A stretch of 64,000 nucleotides of DNA from Candidatus Binatia bacterium. Lineage in GTDB: Bacteria; Desulfobacterota; Binatia; Bin18. The position numbers were made by a program, and so were the translations under genes. The stretch is from NCBI GenBank assembly GCA_963667495.1, contig OY763426.1, forward strand, positions 1,347,615-1,411,614, given 5' to 3'. Below, piece after piece: positions 56,815 through 64,000 of this stretch (position 1 is the stretch's first letter; every line of letters begins with the position of its first letter). Under the pieces are notes generated by a model that ran no database searches, was not told the origin of the DNA, and saw only the letters and a list, made by a program, of their open reading frames with translations.

Positions 56815-57849
56815 GTGACGACTATGCAGGCGGTGTTATTGCTCGGCCCGGGAAAGATTGCCTGTCAGGAATTGCCCGTGCCGGAACCGGGCCCCGAAGA
56901 TGTTGTGCTGAAGGTGGGGTCTGCCCTGACCTGCGGAACGGACCTCAAGGCATTTTTGCGTGGCCATCCCAAGATGCCTCCACCGATCCGTTTTGGCCAC
57001 GAATACTCAGGAACGATTGCCGCACACGGATCGCAGGTCACAAACTTCCGCGAGGGCGATGAGGTCATGCTTGCGCCAACCGGCCCGTGCGGGAGCTGTT
57101 TTTATTGTCGGCGTGACCAGGAAAACCTGTGTACGTCGCTCATGGCGACCATGGCCTTTGGCGGCTATGCCGAATATGTCAGCCTGCCCGGTCGGATTGT
57201 CCGCTCCAATATGTTCCCCAAGCCCAAAAGCCTGCCTTTTGTCGAGGCAGCGCTGTTGGAGCCGGTCTCATGTGTGGTCTTTGGATTACAGCAGGTGGCG
57301 TTCACGCCTGAAGATACGGCGGTGATCATTGGCGCGGGTGGCTTTGGGCTGCTGCATCTCATCCTCTTGAAAATGCTGGGTCTGGAGCGGGTCTATATGG
57401 TGGCTCGGAACCCGGACCGTGCCAGAGTTGCGGGCGAACTTGGCGCAGACCGTGTGATTGCCCGTCCGGCCGAGGAAGCTCGGGCAGCAGTCCTGGAGGC
57501 CACCGGCGGTCACGGGGCCGACCTGGTCATTGAGTGTACGGCCCAGCCGAGCGTCTGGGAAGAATCTCTGTTCTTTGCCCGTCCCGGCGGCCAGGTCATT
57601 CTCTTTGGCGGCTGTCCGCAGGGGACCAAGGTTTCGTTGGACGCGACCCGGCTGCATTATGATCAAGTCCGTTTGTCGAGCCCCTTTCACTTTAACCCCG
57701 CCGCCGTGCGGCAAGCGTCTGAACTGCTCATATCCGGACAGATTCCGACCGAGTACCTGATCAGCGGTCGCTACCCACTGGTTGACCTCTGCCAGGCGTT
57801 TGATCGGATGCAGCGTGGCGAGGGAATCAAATACGAAGTCGTACCCTGA
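56815..57849 (+). CDS. Zinc-dependent alcohol dehydrogenase (MDR family)
   Basis: GHEYSGTIAAHG is the catalytic Zn signature. The structural-Zn Cys cluster CGSCFYCRRDQENLC and a Rossmann GAGGFG are present. Confidence 0.85.
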   Translation: MTTMQAVLLLGPGKIACQELPVPEPGPEDVVLKVGSALTCGTDLKAFLRGHPKMPPPIRFGHEYSGTIAAHGSQVTNFREGDEVMLAPTGPCGSCFYCRRDQENLCTSLMATMAFGGYAEYVSLPGRIVRSNMFPKPKSLPFVEAALLEPVSCVVFGLQQVAFTPEDTAVIIGAGGFGLLHLILLKMLGLERVYMVARNPDRARVAGELGADRVIARPAEEARAAVLEATGGHGADLVIECTAQPSVWEESLFFARPGGQVILFGGCPQGTKVSLDATRLHYDQVRLSSPFHFNPAAVRQASELLISGQIPTEYLISGRYPLVDLCQAFDRMQRGEGIKYEVVP

Positions 57850-57864
57850 GGGCGAAAGGCTGCC

Positions 57865-59109
57865 ATGAAAATTGTTACCCCGAACGAGGCCGTACAAGCC
57901 ATCCCCGACGGCAGCATTGCAATTTTTCCCCACAGCTGTGTCGAACCGACGACTTTCTATACGGCTTTCCAGCACGAGGTCGAGCGATTCAGCAACCTGA
58001 CCGTGTATTCCGGGCTGGCGTTTGGAAAATATCCCTTTCTGGAGAAGGGATTGGGGACGAATTTTCGCTATGTGACTTGGCAGGCTGCTCCCCAGCTTCG
58101 GCGCTTGTTCAAAGAAAACGACCCACGCAAGGTCGGCTTTGCCCCCATGCGGTTTAGCGAGATCACCAGCATTGTGAATAAGAACGGTATCATCAAGCCG
58201 GATGTTGTCGTGACCCAGGTCTCGCCACCCGACCAGGACGGAACGGTCAGTCTGGGTATTTCGGTCAGTATCTATCAAGACTTTATCGACAGCGCGAAAA
58301 TGGTGATCGCCGAGATGAATACCAATATGCCGGTAACGCATGGCAAGAGCCGGGTGCCGGTTGAGAAAATCGATTTCGCCCTAGAGTCTTCCGAACCACT
58401 CGGGACCTATCGCACCCCACACCAAAGCGAGCGTGACGCCAAAATTGTTGACTATGTCCTTGACTTGGTTCCTGACCTGGCTTGGGTGCAACTCGGTATA
58501 GGTTCCGTCCCCGATGCGGTTCTGGGCCGACTGGCGGACAAACGAGGGGTGAACCTCTACTCAGGCATGTTGTCTCAGGGATTGGTCCAGTTTCTTGACC
58601 AGGTGAAACACACTCCAAAGATCCTCACCGGCGAGCTTGCCGGAGACCAGGAGTTCTTTGATTTTTGTGGCCGCAACCCGCTCATAGAAATGGCGACCGT
58701 CGATGTCACCCACAATATTCTGGAGTTGGCAAAACTGCCGCGTTTCGTCTCCATCAATTCTGCCGTGGAGATCGACCTGCACGGGCAGAGCAATGGCGAG
58801 ACCATTGGACCGGTGCAGATCAGCGGCGTCGGCGGCAGCCTCGACTATGTGGAAGCCGCGGCGCTGGCCGAGGATGGCGTGTCTATTATTGCGCTGCCGT
58901 CAACGACCGAAGACGGCAAGCGCTCCAAGATCGTGGCCAGTCTGGCCAGCGGCGCCGTTGTCACGACGCCTCGCTTTTGTACCGACTATATCGTGACCGA
59001 ATACGGCATCGCCCGCATGAAGGGCAAAGACCTCCGCGGACGGGCCGAAGCTCTCATCCGTATCGCTCACCCGGATTTTCGGCCTGCATTGGAGAAACAG
59101 TTAGGATAG
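57865..59109 (+). CDS. Acetyl-CoA hydrolase/transferase family (second paralog)
   Basis: 414 aa with the same family architecture as the gene at 31189..32508. Confidence 0.75.
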   Translation: MKIVTPNEAVQAIPDGSIAIFPHSCVEPTTFYTAFQHEVERFSNLTVYSGLAFGKYPFLEKGLGTNFRYVTWQAAPQLRRLFKENDPRKVGFAPMRFSEITSIVNKNGIIKPDVVVTQVSPPDQDGTVSLGISVSIYQDFIDSAKMVIAEMNTNMPVTHGKSRVPVEKIDFALESSEPLGTYRTPHQSERDAKIVDYVLDLVPDLAWVQLGIGSVPDAVLGRLADKRGVNLYSGMLSQGLVQFLDQVKHTPKILTGELAGDQEFFDFCGRNPLIEMATVDVTHNILELAKLPRFVSINSAVEIDLHGQSNGETIGPVQISGVGGSLDYVEAAALAEDGVSIIALPSTTEDGKRSKIVASLASGAVVTTPRFCTDYIVTEYGIARMKGKDLRGRAEALIRIAHPDFRPALEKQLG

Positions 59110-59245
59110 AAACTGTTCCGTCCGTCCACGTGAGGGATGACCCGTATCAGGGCTCCCGTCGCTCGCCTTTTTTCTCTCCGACCTGTTTGATACGCTCGGT
59201 CCTTCGCTGGCGCTATATGCATCTTTTCTGCGTGAGGGGACGATT

Positions 59246-60529
59246 ATGATCGAACGGGCCGCTATTCTGAGTACGGGGGATGAAATCACGACCGGCAAAG
59301 TCGTTGATACGAACTCCAACTATATTGCGGATAAGCTGATTGAAGCGGGCTTGGACGTGGCCTCGATTGTCACGGTCGGTGACGTTTCGGACCGGATTAT
59401 ATGGGCCTGGGAGCAGGCTATGGTTCACGCCGACGTGATTGTTTCTACCGGCGGCATTGGACCCACGGCTGATGACCTTACAACTGAACTGGTTGCCAAG
59501 GTTGCCGGAGTCGAGCTGACCTTCTCCGAAGAAGTCGCTGAGAATATCCGACGGATTTTTGCCTCGCTGAACCGCACCATGCCGGAGAATAATCTCAAGC
59601 AGGCGCAGTTCCCCGCCGGAGCGACCATTATCCCCAATCATCTCGGGACGGCGCCAGGCTACCGCCTGGAGCTGGAGACACCGCACGGTCGGAAGCATCT
59701 GATCGTCCTGCCGGGTGTCCCGCGCGAGATGAAACCCATGATGGAAGAAAGCGTCCTGCCCTGGATTGGTGAAATGCGGGGTGGGGGCGATGTCTTTCTG
59801 ACCCGGACGTTTCAGACCTTCGGCATTAGTGAGTCCGGACTGGACGAACTGGTGTCCGGCGTGATTACCGAAGACGAAGGGAAGCTGGCCTTTCGAGCCA
59901 ACTTCCCTCAAATTTCCATGCGCGTGACTGTCCGGGGGAAGGCCGGTGAGGTCGAGCGGCGGGTCGAAGGGCTGGCACAACGGCTGCGGGAGAAAATCGG
60001 TGCGTACGTCTACGGCGAGGGTGATGTCAGCATGGAAGGTGTGGTGGGGCAGCTCCTTAAAGATCAGGGAAAAACGGTTGGCTTTGCCGAGGCGTGCTCG
60101 GGGGGATTGAGCAGCCATCGCCTGACGAATGTGCCGGGCAGCTCGGACTATTTCCTGGGCAGCATCATTGCCTATTCGGACACTGCAAAAACCCAACTGC
60201 TTCATGTCAATCCCAACACGCTGAGTCAGCACGGCGCGGTCAGCGAGGAGACCGTCAGGGAAATGGCCAGCGGCGTCCGTACTCGTCTGGGCACCGATAT
60301 TGGTGTCGCGGTCACCGGCATTGCCGGACCGGACGGCGGCACGCCGGATAAGCCGGTTGGGACCGCCTGTCTGGCGCTTGCTATGGAGGGAACGCTGGTG
60401 TCGCGGCAGTATAAGCTCTGGGGCAACCGGGAGTGGATCAAAACCCTGACCTCCCAGTTGTGTCTCGACTGGGTGCGGCGCGCGCTTCTTGAAATTCCGG
60501 TTGCGGAATCAGGGTTTATCCGTCGCTAG
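59246..60529 (+). CDS. cinA: CinA: MoCF-binding domain plus C-terminal NMN deamidase (PncC) domain
   Basis: The N-terminus MIERAAILSTGDEITTGKVVDTNSNYIADKL and the C-terminal CinA domain are present, in the conserved position upstream of recA. Confidence 0.85.
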   Translation: MIERAAILSTGDEITTGKVVDTNSNYIADKLIEAGLDVASIVTVGDVSDRIIWAWEQAMVHADVIVSTGGIGPTADDLTTELVAKVAGVELTFSEEVAENIRRIFASLNRTMPENNLKQAQFPAGATIIPNHLGTAPGYRLELETPHGRKHLIVLPGVPREMKPMMEESVLPWIGEMRGGGDVFLTRTFQTFGISESGLDELVSGVITEDEGKLAFRANFPQISMRVTVRGKAGEVERRVEGLAQRLREKIGAYVYGEGDVSMEGVVGQLLKDQGKTVGFAEACSGGLSSHRLTNVPGSSDYFLGSIIAYSDTAKTQLLHVNPNTLSQHGAVSEETVREMASGVRTRLGTDIGVAVTGIAGPDGGTPDKPVGTACLALAMEGTLVSRQYKLWGNREWIKTLTSQLCLDWVRRALLEIPVAESGFIRR

Positions 60530-60545
60530 GGAAAGAGCCGGGCCC

Positions 60546-61106
60546 GTGTTGATTCGCGCCTTCATCGCAGCTAATCTGGCTACTCCAGTAGGCGAAGAAA
60601 TGACAAAAGTCCAGTCCGTCCTCCAAGAGGCGAAAGGCGATATCCGCTGGGTCAAACCGCAGGGATTTCATCTCACGTTTCGATTTCTTGGCAATATCGA
60701 GCCGGATCGAGTTGCGCCCATCCTGACCGCATTACGAGCAGCCGTGAGACACCAATCGCAGTTCCGAGTCCGCATGCAGGGGCTCGGTGCGTTTCCTTCA
60801 CTCACCCGCCCGCGGGTGCTGTGGGCACGTCTGACCGGTGGTGGACTCCAAGAGCTGCATACGACAATTGAGTCGGCTCTTGGCTCCTGCGGCTTTCCGC
60901 CCGAGGGCCACGCGTTTCGTCCGCATATTACCCTGGGCCGGGTTCGCTCCCAGCGTGGCTGGAACCACGTACTGGAACGAGTCAAGGAATATCTGCAATA
61001 CGATTTTGGTGAGAGCCTTATCGATACCGTGACGTTGTACCGGAGTGATCTTGAACCAGGTGGGGCGGTCTATACAGCCCTCGGCGTTGCCGACCTGAAA
61101 AGATAG
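60546..61106 (+). CDS. thpR: RNA 2',3'-cyclic phosphodiesterase (2H family, ThpR/LigT)
   Basis: Two HxT/SxR motifs are present (FHLTFRFLG and PHITLGRV). A GTG start at 60546 is assumed. Confidence 0.75.
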   Translation: MLIRAFIAANLATPVGEEMTKVQSVLQEAKGDIRWVKPQGFHLTFRFLGNIEPDRVAPILTALRAAVRHQSQFRVRMQGLGAFPSLTRPRVLWARLTGGGLQELHTTIESALGSCGFPPEGHAFRPHITLGRVRSQRGWNHVLERVKEYLQYDFGESLIDTVTLYRSDLEPGGAVYTALGVADLKR

Positions 61107-61140
61107 CAATCCACCGTCCACAACAGCAAGGAGTGTACAG

Positions 61141-62193
61141 ATGGCAGAGGACAGAGATCGTGAACGAGCGTTGGACTTAGCGGTCAGTCAGATCGAAAAG
61201 CAGTTTGGCAAAGGCGCGATCATGAAGCTCGGCGAGGACGCTATAGGGCACAATATCCCCTCGATTTCGACCGGCTCGCTGGGTTTGGACCTCGCCCTTG
61301 GCATTGGCGGCCTGCCGCGCGGACGGGTGGTCGAAATCTACGGACCCGAATCATCCGGGAAAACCACGCTGGCCCTGCACGTCGTTGCTCAGGCGCAAAA
61401 AGCAGGTGGCTCATGCGCCTATATTGACGCGGAACACGCCCTGGACATGGGTTATGCCAAGAAACTTGGAGTCAATGTTGAAGAGCTATTGCTCTCTCAG
61501 CCCGACCATGGCGAGCAAGCGCTCGAAATCACGGATACGCTAGTCAGAAGCGGCGCGCTGGATGTTATTGTAGTTGACTCTGTTGCGGCTCTGGTTCCCC
61601 GCGCCGAACTCGAGGGCGATATGGGTGAGCCGCAGATGGGCCTGCAGGCCAGACTCATGTCGCAAGCGCTGCGGAAACTCGTCAGTACGATTTCACGTTC
61701 GCACACCTTGGTCGTCTTCATCAATCAAATTCGGATGAAGATCGGCGTCATGTTCGGCAGTCCCGAGACAACAACCGGCGGCAATGCCCTCAAATTCTAC
61801 GCTTCCGTCCGCATGGACATTCGCCGCACGGGCGCAGTTAAACAAGGCGATCAAGTGGTTGGGAATCACACCCGAGTCAAAGTGGTCAAAAATAAAGTCG
61901 CGCCGCCCTTCAAGCTGGCGGAATTCGATATTTTATACGGGACCGGGATCTCCAAAGAGGGCGAGCTGATCGACATCGGCGTGGACCAGAATATCGTTGA
62001 AAAGGCCGGAGCCTGGTACTCTTTTTCTGAAGATCGCATTGGCCAGGGCCGAGAGAACGCCAAGGCATATCTGCGAGAAAATCCCGAGATCGCAGCCATG
62101 ATAGAGCGCCAAGTCCGCGAGAAGTTCGGTCTCGGTACTCTTCAATCCACAGCGGAAGCGGGACCAGTGGAAGAGGTTGCTGAGAAAGCCTAG
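61141..62193 (+). CDS. recA: Recombinase RecA
   Basis: Walker A (GPESSGKTT), the L1 and L2 loops and the full-length conserved sequence are present. Confidence 0.97.
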   Translation: MAEDRDRERALDLAVSQIEKQFGKGAIMKLGEDAIGHNIPSISTGSLGLDLALGIGGLPRGRVVEIYGPESSGKTTLALHVVAQAQKAGGSCAYIDAEHALDMGYAKKLGVNVEELLLSQPDHGEQALEITDTLVRSGALDVIVVDSVAALVPRAELEGDMGEPQMGLQARLMSQALRKLVSTISRSHTLVVFINQIRMKIGVMFGSPETTTGGNALKFYASVRMDIRRTGAVKQGDQVVGNHTRVKVVKNKVAPPFKLAEFDILYGTGISKEGELIDIGVDQNIVEKAGAWYSFSEDRIGQGRENAKAYLRENPEIAAMIERQVREKFGLGTLQSTAEAGPVEEVAEKA

Positions 62194-62202
62194 CTTCCAC
62201 CT

Positions 62203-62661
62203 ATGAGTCTCGCTTGTTCCTCTCAGACACCTCTGAACTATGCCTATAGTCTGCTCGCGCGGGGAGACTATAGCGCGGTGCGTCTAAGCGAGAAATTACG
62301 AGCCAAGGGATTCACGTCGCAGGACGCGAGCGCTACGGTTGAAGCGCTGCAAGCGCGCGGCCATCTGGACGATATGCGGCTGGCCCGTGGTCTTGCCGAA
62401 CGGTTTCAAAACCAAGGCTTTGGCCCGCGCGGTGTGCGGGCCAAACTCAAGCAAAGAGGACTCACGGAAGACGTGATTGCAACGGCGCTGAGCGAGCGGC
62501 TAGAGCAGACGGATATCGAGGTCGCTCGGCGACTTGTGCAGCGCCGTTTCCCCCCTGCTGCACTTGAAGAGCCCAAGACGCGCGCCCGCGCGTATCGATT
62601 ATTATTGCGACGAGGATACTCTGCCAGTGTTGCCGCAAGCGTGCTAGGAAGAGATGAGTAA
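62203..62661 (+). CDS. recX: Regulatory protein RecX
   Basis: 152 aa. It lies immediately downstream of recA and has three-helix repeat character (LSERLEQTDIEVARRLVQRRF). Confidence 0.8.
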   Translation: MSLACSSQTPLNYAYSLLARGDYSAVRLSEKLRAKGFTSQDASATVEALQARGHLDDMRLARGLAERFQNQGFGPRGVRAKLKQRGLTEDVIATALSERLEQTDIEVARRLVQRRFPPAALEEPKTRARAYRLLLRRGYSASVAASVLGRDE

Positions 62662-62745
62662 ACGTGCCTTCAACAGATATTGAGATACTGGCACGTTTAC
62701 TCATTGAAGCGTCCGACGACTAGCCAATGGAAAGAGTAGCCGCCA

Positions 62746-64000
62746 TGACAGGGAACGAGATACGCGACAGCTTCCTGCAGTTTTTTGCCGACCGGGGCCA
62801 TCAGGTTGTCCCGAGTGCGCCTTTGATTCCGGCCAATGATCCAACGCTGCTGTTTACCAATGCCGGCATGGTACCGTTCAAAAATATCTTTCTCGGGATC
62901 GAGCGGCCGGTCCACCGGCGGGTGGTCGATTCCCAAAAATGTTTGCGCGTCTCCGGTAAGCATAACGATCTGGAAGAAGTAGGCCGCGATACCTACCACC
63001 ACACCTTCTTCGAGATGCTGGGGAACTGGTCGTTTGGCGATTACTACAAACAGGAAGCCATCCGCTGGGCCTGGGAATTGCTGACCGAGGTCTGGAAACT
63101 CCCCAAGCAGAAACTCTGGGCGACGGTGTATACGACGGACGACGAAGCGGACGAGTGGTGGCGGACACAGACCGACATCAATCCGCAACAGATCCTGCGT
63201 TTTGCCGAAAAGGACAATTTCTGGGAAATGGGCGAGACGGGCCCCTGCGGACCGTGTTCGGAAATCCACATTGACCGTGGCCCGCAGGCCTGCGCGTTGG
63301 CCAATACACCGGGCCATAGCTGCGCGGTCAACGCCGGCTGTGCGCGTTATATCGAATTATGGAATCTGGTGTTTATCCAATACAACCGGGATGCGGACCA
63401 ATCCCTGGACGATCTGCCCGAGACGCATGTCGATACGGGCATGGGCCTGGAGCGCATTGTCTCCGTTCTCCAGGACGTGCCGGGTAATTATGACTCTGAC
63501 CTGCTGCGCGACATCATTACCTTTACCGAAGGGTTAGGCGATAAGCGCTACGGCGATACGAGTGAACAGGACGTGTCGTTTCGGGTGATTGCCGACCATG
63601 CACGCACGGCAGCCTTTGCCATTGCCGATGGCGTGGTACCGACAAACGAGGGGCGGGGCTATGTGTTGCGGCGAATTATGCGCCGCGCCTTACGACACGG
63701 GCGGCTCCTTGGCTTTGAGGGACCGTTTTTCTCTCAGGTCGCTAGGAGCGTGGTACAGCTCCTGGGCGCGGCCTACCCCGAGTTGGTTGAACGACGGGAC
63801 TATCTGACTGAGGTCATACATAACGAAGAGACCCGTTTTTCGGACACTCTGGACAAGGGCTTGACCCTGCTTGAACAAGAAATCCACGATCTGCGTCAGC
63901 GCAACACGACAACCCTGTCCGGCGAAACCGCCTTTCGTTTGTACGATACCTACGGCTTTCCGCTGGATATGACCGAGGATTTTCTGTCGTCCGAAGGCTT
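62746..64000 (+). CDS. alaS: Alanine--tRNA ligase, 5' partial (continues beyond the window)
   Basis: MTGNEIRDSFLQFFADRGHQVVPSAPLIPANDPTLLFTNAGMVPFKNIFLG is the AlaRS N-terminus. There is no stop inside the window, so it is absent from the ORF track. Confidence 0.95.

Noticed and set aside
1-64000. A CRISPR array, rRNA or tRNA genes
   Set aside because: No regularly spaced direct repeats and no tRNA-like or rRNA-like conserved sequences were seen on either strand.

Overview
This is a high-GC bacterial chromosomal segment, with short low-GC patches that look horizontally acquired. It reads as a metabolic and accessory region that runs into a conserved cinA-thpR-recA-recX-alaS block at the 3' end.

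The coding content is dominated by oxidoreductase and detoxification genes:
- Two alpha-only Rieske oxygenases, a D-aminoacylase-type amidohydrolase, GST-like genes, a haloalkane dehalogenase, a nitroreductase and several CoA-transferases.
- A coxM-coxS-coxL molybdopterin hydroxylase operon with a neighbouring ureidoglycolate lyase.
- An HPF / tandem-USP / rubrerythrin-like stress cluster, a two-component system, and three VapBC modules plus a BrnT-like toxin-antitoxin module.

Beyond the routine genes, five things stand out:
1. Two redox genes are each split in the ORF track by a single in-frame TGA that sits exactly at a redox-motif Cys position, with a hairpin 10-14 nt downstream. One is a Prx-like redoxin with a UPPC motif and one is an AhpD-like protein with a CQLU motif. 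I read both as selenoproteins.
2. An ORF-less group II intron of about 820 nt lies on the minus strand, with a textbook domain V.
3. An ECF sigma factor gene translationally overlaps a gene that encodes a triple fusion: a zf-HC2 anti-sigma domain, an Ogt/MGMT domain carrying the PCHR motif, and an Ada-type Zn methyl-acceptor domain. An ATL (Cys-less alkyltransferase-like) gene follows it. I think this is a candidate alkylation-sensing sigma/anti-sigma switch and have not seen it described.
4. A conserved hairpin element of about 50 nt is duplicated upstream of two consecutive genes.
5. Three low-GC islands carry an HNH nuclease with a B3/EcoRII-N-like N-terminus, an orphan 336-aa protein, and a BrnT paired with an oversized BrnA-like partner.

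No CRISPR array, rRNA or tRNA was seen.
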